Of a stretch of DNA of 29,066 bases, positions 16,221-24,906 are shown one piece after another; within the stretch, counting starts at the first letter, position 1; each line of letters begins with the position of its first letter. The position numbers were made by a program, and so were the translations under genes. This stretch comes from a virus (taxonomy: Duplodnaviria > Caudoviricetes), in the IMG/VR virus record IMGVR_UViG_3300027653_000044, positions 1-29,066 of that record; one strand, written 5' to 3'. The notes beneath the pieces are model-generated. The model worked only from the letters and a program-made list of their open reading frames with translations, made no database searches and was not told where the DNA came from.

Positions 16221-18013
16221 TCCGGCTCTTTATCCTCTGGTCGGTTGTAGTCATACACACGGTAAAATCCGCTATCCTTGTCTTTGCTGTAGGTCACTGT
16301 CCTTATGCCTCCGGCGGCATCCCTTGCGGCGGTGTATTGGAGGTGCTCAGCTTTAAAGCGCCCTCTTTCTGCCCACGGGTGAAGCCACACGGTAAAACTC
16401 CGGTATGCAGTGGTGTAGGTCACCATCAAGCATTCTTTGCCGCTACGCGCCAGCGTAGGCTTTTCCTCCCTATTTATAACGACGTCTGTCTGGATCTGAT
16501 AAGGGTCCCGCTTGTAACGTTTGAAGTCCGCCTTCAGTTTGTCGTTGGGGTCCACCAGCTCATGCCGGCACTCCCCGCAGTACCGGGCCGCTATATCGTT
16601 CTCGGCATCGCAGGCGGGGCAGAGTTTCAGCGTCCATCGAGCTTGGCATTGGTCGAACACCGGGCCGTTTTTCACCAGACCCTGGCACCGGCGCCCGTAG
16701 TGCGCGGGCATATCGCCTTGCGGGGTCTCGATCCGGTTACCGGCAAGGTCCACAAAATACCCGTACTTGTCTATTTCCAGGTTATCTTCATTGCGCCTCG
16801 CAGAAAATTTGTTCACGCATCCGCATTCCGGGCACTCGGCTTCAACAATGCCGCCTCCCGTGCCTTTGAGTTGCGCACGTATCTCTGGGTTAAAAATGTC
16901 CCCATCCGGGCAGTGGCGCTCCAGATTCTCGGCGTAGTCCAGTATTAGCACATCATCTTTGCCCTCATGGATGCGTAGCCCGCGCCCAATAATTTGTTGC
17001 AGCAACGCCACGGACTCGGTAGCTTTCAATATGGCGATAACGTCAACATGGGTAAAGTCCACGCCGGTGGTCATGGTCTGCACGGATACCAGGTACTTGA
17101 ATTTTTGGGCCTTAAAGTCTGCTACCAGCTTTTTTCTGGGGCCCTTTCCGGTATTTATCTTGCCCCCAATCATCCGGCTAAGCCCAGGCGGGAGGCTGGC
17201 CATGATCTCTTCGGCATGCTGCACCGTGGCGGCGAACAGCATTACCCCTTTTCGTCCCCGGCTCTGCGCCACCACATCGGCGACAATGGCGGATGTTAGG
17301 CGGCCATGGCCATGGTATGCCTGGTCTACGTCGGCGCTGGAAAACTTACCGGCGCGGTTGGGTTGCATCCCCAAGGTCTCATAATGACCGCTGTTAATTG
17401 CCCCGATCTTAGGGCGTGTCAAGTACCCCTGCTCTATGAGTAAGTGCGCCGGCACCTCGCACACTTTCGCCGTAAAATATGGGTCCTTGCAGCACTGTTC
17501 TCCCATCGGCTGCCCGTGCTGGTCCATGGCGTAGACGTAGCCCTCGCCCAGGCGGTAAGGCGTGGCGCTAAGCCCAATCACGCGCAGATTAGGGTTTTGT
17601 TCCCTCATGGTGGATATGATGCGCATAAGAGTGGGCGTTATACCGTGGGCTTCATCCACAACCACGGCGCAAAAACGCGAGCCGAAAGCCTTAATGCTGC
17701 GCACAACGGTTCCAGGGGTGCCAAATACCACCGGGTGCCTGAGGCACCGCCCGCCAGCGCTTGAGCTGAACACAGAGGCCGGATTGCCAGTGGCCAGGTA
17801 CTTGTCGCGGTTTTGGTGCACCAAGTCTGCATTAGGTGCCAGGCAAAGTATGTGCTTGCCGCCGCTCATCTTATGCATCGTTGCCGCTATAGCCGCAATA
17901 ATGTGGCTCTTCCCCGAGCCGGTGGCAGCCTCAATCAAACACGGGTCGATAGATTTCCTTATCCATTCGATAGCCGCGTCATGGCATTCTTTTTGGTAGG
18001 GGCGCAGGGTCAT
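16217..18013 (-). CDS. SF2 DEAH helicase (RadD/T1-like) with C-terminal Zn ribbons
   Basis: LRPYQ, ATGSGKS, DEAH, LSATP, TTGVD, QIIGRGLR; CPEC, CPAC and CGEC. Confidence 0.95.
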   Translation of the reverse strand: MTLRPYQKECHDAAIEWIRKSIDPCLIEAATGSGKSHIIAAIAATMHKMSGGKHILCLAPNADLVHQNRDKYLATGNPASVFSSSAGGRCLRHPVVFGTPGTVVRSIKAFGSRFCAVVVDEAHGITPTLMRIISTMREQNPNLRVIGLSATPYRLGEGYVYAMDQHGQPMGEQCCKDPYFTAKVCEVPAHLLIEQGYLTRPKIGAINSGHYETLGMQPNRAGKFSSADVDQAYHGHGRLTSAIVADVVAQSRGRKGVMLFAATVQHAEEIMASLPPGLSRMIGGKINTGKGPRKKLVADFKAQKFKYLVSVQTMTTGVDFTHVDVIAILKATESVALLQQIIGRGLRIHEGKDDVLILDYAENLERHCPDGDIFNPEIRAQLKGTGGGIVEAECPECGCVNKFSARRNEDNLEIDKYGYFVDLAGNRIETPQGDMPAHYGRRCQGLVKNGPVFDQCQARWTLKLCPACDAENDIAARYCGECRHELVDPNDKLKADFKRYKRDPYQIQTDVVINREEKPTLARSGKECLMVTYTTAYRSFTVWLHPWAERGRFKAEHLQYTAARDAAGGIRTVTYSKDKDSGFYRVYDYNRPEDKEPE

Positions 18014-18015
18014 GG

Positions 18016-18882
18016 CTACGACAGTTTCCAGTACGTTGTAGGCTTGCCTCGGAACGGCTCAAGGTCCGCGTCTGGCGCGTACTTTTTGAGCGCTTTGGCG
18101 TACGATACGGAGCCTGCTCGCTCAACCTGAGTCAGCTTTCGACCGCAAATTTCCGAGTCCTTTTCACCGGCCATTTGTACCAGCTCTGCCAATACCTCAG
18201 CCTTTCGGTTTTTTGCCCGATCCATGGCGTCGGTCAGTTCGTCGTACTCTTCTAGCAGCATTGCGGCTTTGTTGGTGTTTACGGTAACGCGCCTGGGTTT
18301 CAGGTGGTCGGGGTTGTCCAGTTCTTCTAGGTAGCGCTTGTAGAAGTCGTGCAGCAACGGAAGCGCCCAAGATAGCCATGCCTCGTCGCGGTGCACGGTT
18401 TCCAGCTCACTTCCATGCGGTGCCCACTGGTAAAAGTCGCACCACTCCCGCCCGGTACACGCCATCTCGATTTGAATTTGGGCGTAGTAGTGCGGCTGCT
18501 CTTCTGCTGTCTTGAACTTGGGCGGATTCTTGTCGCGTTGTCCAAAGGGACACTTTATCTCGATTATCCCGTCCCTCCCCACCAGGCCATCCGGGCTTGC
18601 TCCCAGCCAATCTAGCCCCTCATGCACATGGAACCCGGTTTCTTGAACGGCGCGCCCGGTCTCCATGGTGTACTCGGCTTGGGCGCCGTCCTCGTTGAAG
18701 CTGCCCCACTCTGTGGCTGCGTGCCCTCGAAACTCGGGTTCGGCGCCGTGATACTCGCGCACCATTTGCCGGATCAGGTCTTGCGGGGTTTTCCAGGGGT
18801 TAAGGCCAAGGGCAGCGCCTACGTTTGAGCCGGTCAGTTTTCCGCGGCGTGCAGCGAACCATTCTTTGCTTCGTTGTTCCAT
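18016..18882 (-). CDS. YqaJ / lambda-exonuclease family nuclease
   Basis: EQRS.EW..R, LGASPDGL, IEIKCP, YYAQIQ. Confidence 0.92.
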   Translation of the reverse strand: MEQRSKEWFAARRGKLTGSNVGAALGLNPWKTPQDLIRQMVREYHGAEPEFRGHAATEWGSFNEDGAQAEYTMETGRAVQETGFHVHEGLDWLGASPDGLVGRDGIIEIKCPFGQRDKNPPKFKTAEEQPHYYAQIQIEMACTGREWCDFYQWAPHGSELETVHRDEAWLSWALPLLHDFYKRYLEELDNPDHLKPRRVTVNTNKAAMLLEEYDELTDAMDRAKNRKAEVLAELVQMAGEKDSEICGRKLTQVERAGSVSYAKALKKYAPDADLEPFRGKPTTYWKLS

Positions 18883-18927
18883 GAGTTACTCCGGGATAGC
18901 GGGCGCCACAAGGGCGCCCCGTTGGGT

Positions 18928-19515
18928 TTATAAGAGACTTGACATAAACCCCTTTCCGCAAGGGGCAAAGGGAATATCGTCGTCATACACATCCCCGCCA
19001 CCTTGCGACACCTGGGGTTGTTGCGGGGCTTGCGGAGCTGGCTCAGCCGCCTTCGCCGGCGCCCTGTTGCGAGGCCCTACAGCACTAACCCAGTTCCCCC
19101 GTTTCATGCTCCCATCGTCGGTTTCGAGCTCCCAAACCTGCAACGACAGCACCATTGGCTTGTTCACCAGGCAAGTGGTCAACAGCCGGTCATCTGGCTC
19201 CTTCCCGCTCGCCACCAGCTTGCCCCCGGCGTTGTGGTCGATGGCCGCCAGCATACGCTTCGCCTTCTGTGCCTTTTTGGGGTCAGAATCCATAACGCGG
19301 AGCTTATGGAAGATCTTTCGGTTTTTGTACTCGGCAGGCTGCATGACAGCCCACCGCAGGCTGATATACCGGTCACCCTGGTATTCGTCCCACTTGGCTT
19401 CGTCGGGCGCTGCCAGCACTTTGGTTTTGGCGGGTATCGGCTCAATATCCCCACCGCCGGTTTCAAAATTGCCGTCAGTCGGCATTTCATCGGATGGAAT
19501 GTCCCAAAAACTCAT
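18928..19515 (-). CDS. DUF669-like single-stranded DNA-binding protein
   Basis: Lies between the Sak4-like ATPase and the exonuclease; Pro/Gln linker and DDDIPF motif. Confidence 0.75.
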   Translation of the reverse strand: MSFWDIPSDEMPTDGNFETGGGDIEPIPAKTKVLAAPDEAKWDEYQGDRYISLRWAVMQPAEYKNRKIFHKLRVMDSDPKKAQKAKRMLAAIDHNAGGKLVASGKEPDDRLLTTCLVNKPMVLSLQVWELETDDGSMKRGNWVSAVGPRNRAPAKAAEPAPQAPQQPQVSQGGGDVYDDDIPFAPCGKGFMSSLL

Positions 19516-19518
19516 GGC

Positions 19519-20274
19519 TTATGCTCCCAGGGTTGGTATGAATTGGGTTAGTGGGTTCTCGCCCTCTGGAACGGGCAAGTCTTCGGTAATGCCATAGCGG
19601 TTTTTGCTTACGTTCGCCGCCGTGGTATAAGTGGTTAACAAGCGCGTACCGTCACTTATGGCTTTTTTGCGCTCACCGTCGCCCATGGTGTGGGTTTCCA
19701 GCTTCAGGTATCCCACCAGATCCACATCATCCACATAGGGCGCTACGGATTTTTTCCCAAGACGTAGGTCGTACCGGGTGTACGGGTCTTGGTCCGGCGG
19801 CTCAACAGTCACGGTGTCCGCGTGGGCAATAAAAACCACATGCATACCCCGCGAATTCATGAGCCCCGCCGCCTTACGCACCCGCTGGTGCATAGCCGCA
19901 ACGGCGTTTAGGCCGGCACCATAGCCGCCCAAAGCCTGATTAATGCTGCGCGGCTTCTTGGGGTCATTATCAATAACGTATTGAATGAACATACGCTCCA
20001 GAGCGGTCACCGAGTCAATAACAGCGGTTTGGTACTGGTGTTCTTCTTGCACGAGGGCGGTTAGCTGCTGCCAAAGCTCCTCAACCTTGGCAATAACCGG
20101 CAAGGCGTCAGGCCGATCACCCTCGGGGATGGACTGCATGCCATCCTCAGAGCGGACAAAAACAGGTTTGGGGAAGGTTGCTGCAAGCCGTGTCTTACCC
20201 ACCCCGGCGTCGCCGGTTAGGGTGCAGATCACCGGCCTGTTTTCTGGCTTTTTAGCCAAAGACAGGATACTCAT
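19519..20274 (-). CDS. AAA_24 / Sak4-like ATPase (ssDNA annealing)
   Basis: Walker A GDAGVGKT, Walker B AVIDS, IAH, KNRY; start moved to ATG 20274 (GGAG RBS). Confidence 0.85.
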   Translation of the reverse strand: MSILSLAKKPENRPVICTLTGDAGVGKTRLAATFPKPVFVRSEDGMQSIPEGDRPDALPVIAKVEELWQQLTALVQEEHQYQTAVIDSVTALERMFIQYVIDNDPKKPRSINQALGGYGAGLNAVAAMHQRVRKAAGLMNSRGMHVVFIAHADTVTVEPPDQDPYTRYDLRLGKKSVAPYVDDVDLVGYLKLETHTMGDGERKKAISDGTRLLTTYTTAANVSKNRYGITEDLPVPEGENPLTQFIPTLGA

Positions 20275-20329
20275 ACACTTTGTCTCCACATTGGGTTTGG
20301 TTAAGCCGCCTCAAGTCGCGACTCATTGC

Positions 20330-20358
20330 ATTGTGGCGCCTGTATATTATTTTGTCAA
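20330..20358 (-). promoter_or_regulatory. Sigma70 promoter for the recombination genes
   Basis: TTGACA-N17-CACAAT; the -35 overlaps the primase stop codon. Confidence 0.75.
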
Positions 20359-22637
20359 CAGGTGACAGCGAAATATTTTTTTGTGCTTCTCCCGCGCCCG
20401 CTGCTTACTTCGTATTCTTTGAGGTGGCCAGCATCCACCAGCCGCCGCACCACCTCGTCAACGTCTTCCTTTCGGTAGCCCCGGCACTTGTTGCGAATGC
20501 GCCCGATGGTTTCCCCGTGCTCGCCAGTGACATACCCCATTACCCGGCTGGCTAGCGCCTGGGCTTTATCGTCAGCACTGTTCGCGTGGGCTAGTTTCAT
20601 TTTTTCATCAATGTCTCGTTTCACTAACGCAAACGCCCACTTCACATGCTCCACGGTTCGCAGGCCTTCTGGTATTGCTAGCAGCATGGAAACTTTGGCT
20701 ACCTGTTCGTATCCACGCCGGGGAATAGCCGTAAGCCCGGTACTGTCTTTTGCCTGCTCGGCTATTCCGTGAAAGTGCCTCTCGACCTGGTCCAGCATTG
20801 TCTCAGCGTCGGGCCTGGTAGGAATGTCAACGGTATCTCCGATGCGCTCCACGCGCTCGGGAACCTCTGAATAGCCGGGGGCATAGAGTTGTTGCAAAGT
20901 GGCGGCTATACTGTCTGGCACATCGCCTGTTTTTATTTTTTCACGCGGCTTGGACTTTGGGTTATCGTCTCGCTCTATGAACAGCAGCGATCGACCCAGG
21001 AAGCCATTGGCGGCCATATCGAAGTCCATTAGATCGTTGAAACGCTCGGGCGTGGTCAATCCGAAGATGTTCAGGTAGGGCCGCTCTAGGCCGTTATCTA
21101 AATTGCCCAGCTGGCGCTCCAGGTTCTCAGCTCGTATGTGGTCACGGTCCCGCGCCTCGTTTTCCTCGATACGCTTCTTTACGCTTGCGTATTCGGCTAC
21201 TAGCGCCTTGCGCACCTCTTCCTTCAGGTCCCCAGTTATCAGCGCAAAACTACTGGCTTTTGAGTAGATGGACAGCAGCGCCCCAATGATCCCCTCCAAG
21301 TACGCCGCGCTCCCTTTGCTGCGGGCATTCTGGATTTTGGCCAGGTGCTCTCCCAGCTCATCCACAAAGTAGGCGGCTAGCTGGTGCCGCACCAAGTTGC
21401 GGTAAATCTCCTGCTCGGACTTGAACATGCCGTGCACGGCGGGCGCCACGCCTGCGGCTCTCAGCAACGCCGTGGCGCTTTTTAGTATCGCCTCCTTCCC
21501 TGTGGCCGACCCGGCCACGCCAAACAGGAAGACGTTGGGCGTTATGCCGTCTAGCGGGTCCTGATAGCGCATCCCCGCCGCACTAGACACCACCGACAAC
21601 GCCGCCGCCACTGCCAGCGACTCGCGCGGGTACCGGCTTCGGTCATTTATCCACTGGGTCAGAACGCCCACAAAACCCGGCGGACGCAGGAGGTCTACGC
21701 CGTTCGTGGCCAGCGCGCGTTCCGGCTCCTGATCTTGCGCGGCTGGTAGCTCAAAATGCGTGTCATCGGTGAACTCTACCGGCGCCACCCACCCCGCCTC
21801 TTCCGCGTAATGGGCCAAGGTGCCGAAAGTAACCGGGTTGGCACTTTTGCCGAAGCTGTGCCACTTCTTGTCCATATTACGCGCATCATGCTTGGGTCCT
21901 TTCGCGCTCCATTGCTCCCACAGCTCGTACCCTTCGCCACTGGTAACCAGGTGGATAGCCATGCCAATGCGTATCCACTTCTCATAGTCCGTATCAGCGG
22001 TGTTGGGGATGTAGTCGAGCATATCCGCTATATCGGCGTCGGACACATCAACGGTGGCGGTCCCCGCCGTGGCGCGGTGCCGCTCTGGCTTTTTCAGCGC
22101 CTCAACCAGCGGGGCGGGAGCCGGCCCTATATCGTCGGGACCGCCCATTAGCCGCTCGTAAGTGTTCCCACTGGCGTGTTGTGACCCAGGGCCGACAACA
22201 TAGCCCGTGCTTTTAAAGTCAATGCCTGGGTAGCGGTCGAGGTTTTGCACCAATGGCACCGGCTCAGGCAAGGAAAAGTACAAATGCCGCGACGCGCCAC
22301 CGCTGCCGGTTCGCACTACAAGTCCAGCGCCAGCTATCTCGGGAACATCTTCGGCCAGCCGCTCGAACGAATCCGCGCCGCCGTTGCGCTCGTCCACATC
22401 TATGACCAGGAGCCCTTCCACCAATACGCCATAACCAGTAGAAAATTGGCCCATTTCCTCCATGGTTTCCAGTTGGTCCTCCGACCAAACGGGCGTGTAC
22501 TGCCAGTTGCTAGCTATCGGGTGCTTGAAAAGTGCCGGGCATTCGGGGTCGCCGCAGCCGCACACACCATCGTGAGCTCCGTAAATCCCGAATACTTTAT
22601 AGCCGGACTCCCAGAAGTCGCGGTATTCGTCACTCAT
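20355..22637 (-). CDS. Bifunctional primase-polymerase with PriCT-2 and C-terminal P-loop domain (T1-like primase)
   Basis: KHP, LLVIDVD, TGSGG..HLYF, GIDFK..GYVV.PGS.H, YEKWIRIGMA, GSATGKE. Confidence 0.9.
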   Translation of the reverse strand: MSDEYRDFWESGYKVFGIYGAHDGVCGCGDPECPALFKHPIASNWQYTPVWSEDQLETMEEMGQFSTGYGVLVEGLLVIDVDERNGGADSFERLAEDVPEIAGAGLVVRTGSGGASRHLYFSLPEPVPLVQNLDRYPGIDFKSTGYVVGPGSQHASGNTYERLMGGPDDIGPAPAPLVEALKKPERHRATAGTATVDVSDADIADMLDYIPNTADTDYEKWIRIGMAIHLVTSGEGYELWEQWSAKGPKHDARNMDKKWHSFGKSANPVTFGTLAHYAEEAGWVAPVEFTDDTHFELPAAQDQEPERALATNGVDLLRPPGFVGVLTQWINDRSRYPRESLAVAAALSVVSSAAGMRYQDPLDGITPNVFLFGVAGSATGKEAILKSATALLRAAGVAPAVHGMFKSEQEIYRNLVRHQLAAYFVDELGEHLAKIQNARSKGSAAYLEGIIGALLSIYSKASSFALITGDLKEEVRKALVAEYASVKKRIEENEARDRDHIRAENLERQLGNLDNGLERPYLNIFGLTTPERFNDLMDFDMAANGFLGRSLLFIERDDNPKSKPREKIKTGDVPDSIAATLQQLYAPGYSEVPERVERIGDTVDIPTRPDAETMLDQVERHFHGIAEQAKDSTGLTAIPRRGYEQVAKVSMLLAIPEGLRTVEHVKWAFALVKRDIDEKMKLAHANSADDKAQALASRVMGYVTGEHGETIGRIRNKCRGYRKEDVDEVVRRLVDAGHLKEYEVSSGRGRSTKKYFAVTC

Positions 22638-22640
22638 GGC

Positions 22641-22817
22641 CTACACCCCGCGAGATTCGAAATGGTCCGATATGGCTCTGAGCACTTTAAGGGTTGGGTT
22701 GGCGTCCGGGTTATCGCGAATATTGCGGATAGTATTTGGGTGCACACCGGTAGCGGTGGCAACCTTGGAGGGGCTGCAATCTTGCAGAAGTGCGCGTACT
22801 TGCTCAATCGTTTTCAT
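22641..22817 (-). CDS. 58-aa HTH regulator (not in the ORF track)
   Basis: Read by hand: MKTIEQVRALLQDCSPSKVATATGVHPNTIRNIRDNPDANPTLKVLRAISDHFESRGV*; AGGT RBS. Confidence 0.85.
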   Translation of the reverse strand: MKTIEQVRALLQDCSPSKVATATGVHPNTIRNIRDNPDANPTLKVLRAISDHFESRGV

Positions 22818-22906
22818 GCAATATACCTATTAAGTTGTTTGGACAGTGACGCAGAATATAGCGCTATGCCATTAAAAGCAACAGCAAGGCGGGCCAAAGA
22901 TGCCTG

Positions 22907-22935
22907 TTGACACGGCCTCAAGGTCGGTGTAGTTT
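22907..22935 (+). promoter_or_regulatory. Sigma70 promoter pointing into the putative origin
   Basis: TTGACA-N17-TAGTTT. Confidence 0.6.
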
Positions 22936-22951
22936 CGATGAAAAGGGCGGG

Positions 22952-23225
22952 AAAACAATAAGTTACGCCTAACGCTTAGTACGGATAGTTAACGCTTAGC
23001 TGGCTAATTTACTAAGCAAAGTCCAGCATTCATGCGGCCCAGAGCAACGCTTAGTACGGATAGTTCGAAACCCTAAAGACTGTTTGGGATGGATTGGTGT
23101 GCCTTTAGGAGGCTCTTAGACTATCCCTACTATATTACTAAGCCTTATATATATAATAATAAAAACAAAGAGTTACAGACGAGATGGGATAGTTTCTCAT
23201 TTACTAAGCGTTACTAAGCGTTAAT
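22952..23225. repeat. Iteron cluster, putative replication origin
   Basis: AACGCTTAGTACGGATAGTT at 22971 and 23046; AACGCTTAG at 22991; inverted TACTAAGC at 23010 and 23136, tandem TTACTAAGCG at 23201 and 23211; AT-rich run 23145-23170; upstream of the primase. Confidence 0.75.
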
Positions 23226-23351
23226 TGAGAATATATCGCCAAGCTATTGGCTTGCCTAAATCAATAAAAAAATACTTCCCGAGACTTTTTGTATGGTAAG
23301 AATCTGGCGAATCGCTTAGTTCTAAGATTTCACTTATTCATAACAAAACGA

Positions 23352-23388
23352 TATTAGACACAACAGTATAAAATCCCTATACTGTAAT
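23352..23388 (+). promoter_or_regulatory. Sigma70-type promoter with palindromic operator, copy 2 of the conserved element
   Basis: TAGACA-N17-TATACT; ACAGTATA-N7-TATACTGT palindrome at 23363-23385. Confidence 0.8.
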
Positions 23389-23431
23389 CACGGCCGAGAG
23401 ATCGGAAGACAAAACAAAACGGAGAAAGGTT

Positions 23432-23701
23432 ATGAGCCCAGAAGCAAAGCTAGCAAAAGAAACCGGACTGAGCGAAGAGTTCATTTTGAGCGCCGCGAAA
23501 TCTATAGCCAACAGCCTGGCTAAAGACTTCGGCTCAGCGCAAGAGGCCGCCGAAGCGATCCGCGCAGATGTGGCCGGCGACCTGACCAAAGCATACGTTG
23601 AGCGCAACCGCCGAGAGGTTCGCGCGATGGCTACAAGAGCGCTGACCAACCCAGAGCCCATGTGCAAAGCGGTTTATAACTTGATCCGCGGCAACGCTTA
23701 A
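23432..23701 (+). CDS. Orphan early protein (89 aa)
   Basis: GGAG RBS; first gene after the promoter; followed by hairpin CCGCCC-TACG-GGGCGG. Confidence 0.75.
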   Translation: MSPEAKLAKETGLSEEFILSAAKSIANSLAKDFGSAQEAAEAIRADVAGDLTKAYVERNRREVRAMATRALTNPEPMCKAVYNLIRGNA

Positions 23702-23748
23702 CACCACCCCGCCCTACGGGGCGGAAAACAACCAAAGGACAAAAGATC

Positions 23749-24015
23749 ATGCTAACCATAAAGACCACCCCCCAGCACCCAAGGCCGGCCATCTACCACG
23801 GCACCCAATGGCTGAGAGACGTGGGCGAAGACCTGAACCGAGCGCGGCAGCAGGTCAGAGCCGCTAACCGAGTTCTGGCGTACCACCAGGGGCGCGAGGC
23901 GCGGATTGAGGCTGCCAACCGCGCCCTGGCACTGTGCGGGCAGTTAGGGCCGAGCCGGGAGAGGCTGACTAGGAAAACCATGATTGCGGCTAATCGGGCG
24001 AGGGCTTTATCATGA
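23749..24015 (+). CDS. Arg/Ala-rich hypothetical protein
   Basis: AAGGA RBS; three AANR repeats. Confidence 0.65.
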   Translation: MLTIKTTPQHPRPAIYHGTQWLRDVGEDLNRARQQVRAANRVLAYHQGREARIEAANRALALCGQLGPSRERLTRKTMIAANRARALS

Positions 24016-24155
24016 TCATGATCGACCAGCGCAAGGCCGCTAAAGCGCGGCATGAGCAGCAAGAGAAACAGGGCGGAACCGGGTGGCTGATAACAGCAAT
24101 TATTATCATGCTGTGCGCGGAGCCGTTGGTTAATTGGATTTTGGGGGCAGCATGA
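24012..24155 (+). CDS. 47-aa single-TM protein (not in the ORF track)
   Basis: ATGA overlaps at both ends; MIMIDQRKAAKARHEQQEKQGGTGWLITAIIIMLCAEPLVNWILGAA*. Confidence 0.65.
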   Translation: MIMIDQRKAAKARHEQQEKQGGTGWLITAIIIMLCAEPLVNWILGAA

Positions 24156-24355
24156 GAAGGAAAGTAGTTGACAGCGTGCCGGCGATGCATGACCCGATTG
24201 AGTGGGTCTCGCCCCAGAACGACGCCCCGCCACAGCCACCACAGCCTAAAAACCCCTGGCATGAGCGGCTTCTCGGCATGATCGATGGCCCAGCCCGCGA
24301 GTATTCACCGAACGATGCGGTGGACCTGAGGGCGCCTGATATTCCGTGGTACTGA
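24152..24355 (+). CDS. Pro-rich hypothetical protein (67 aa)
   Basis: ATGA-coupled start at 24152. Confidence 0.55.
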   Translation: MRRKVVDSVPAMHDPIEWVSPQNDAPPQPPQPKNPWHERLLGMIDGPAREYSPNDAVDLRAPDIPWY

Positions 24356-24435
24356 TTTGTGGTAGGCTAAGGGGGTTCACATTCACCGCAACCTGCGCGG
24401 ATTAGCAGGCGCATGGAAGCACTCTCTGACCTCTT

Positions 24436-24460
24436 GCCCACCTTGCGTGGGCTTTTTTTT
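24436..24460 (+). terminator. Rho-independent terminator before terS
   Basis: GCCCAC-CTTGC-GTGGGC followed by T8. Confidence 0.85.
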
Positions 24461-24470
24461 GGGGTATACT
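24443..24470 (+). promoter_or_regulatory. Putative late promoter overlapping the terminator
   Basis: TTGCGT-N16-TATACT, ~30 nt before the terS ATG. Confidence 0.5.
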
Positions 24471-24501
24471 GGCGGCATGGCACACTAACCCTGAGATATT
24501 C

Positions 24502-24906
24502 ATGGCAAACCCCGTTGGCAGACCCAGACTTTACGCAACACCGGAGGAGTTCGACGCTAAGGTCGAAGAATACCGTTGGTACTGCGATGAGCAAAAGGAG
24601 CCGGTAACATGGACTGGGCTTGCATTATTCCTGGGGTTCTCCTCCCGCCAAAGCATCGATGAGTACCTGAAATACGATGGATTTTCTGACTCTGTAAAAA
24701 GAGCCAAGGCCCTGGTCGAGTGGCACTACGAAATGAGGTTATGCGGGGATAAGCCGACCGGGGCAATTTTTGCCCTCAAGAACTTTGGCTGGGTTGATAA
24801 GCAGGACATCGCCCACACCTCACCGGACGGGTCAATGAGCCCCACCCGCATTGTCATCGAGGCCGCTACGTCAGATGACCATAGCGAAGATCAAGCTACC
24901 TCCTAA
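24502..24906 (+). CDS. terS: Terminase small subunit (P22 gp3-like)
   Basis: GRPRLY.TPEE, TWTGLALFLG, GAIFALKN; overlaps terL. Confidence 0.85.
   Translation: MANPVGRPRLYATPEEFDAKVEEYRWYCDEQKEPVTWTGLALFLGFSSRQSIDEYLKYDGFSDSVKRAKALVEWHYEMRLCGDKPTGAIFALKNFGWVDKQDIAHTSPDGSMSPTRIVIEAATSDDHSEDQATS

Noticed and set aside
18900-18921. Terminator after the SSB gene
   Set aside because: A stable hairpin is present (CGGGCGCC/GGCGCCCG) but has no U-tract on the minus strand; more likely a stability or processing hairpin.
16160-22910. Long + strand ORFs (e.g. 16160-16948, 18866-19597, 22245-22910)
   Set aside because: Antisense shadows of well-supported replication genes, with no recognisable motifs.
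22971-23222. Repeats as a mini CRISPR array
   Set aside because: Repeats are 8-20 bp, irregularly spaced and in both orientations; they fit iterons.
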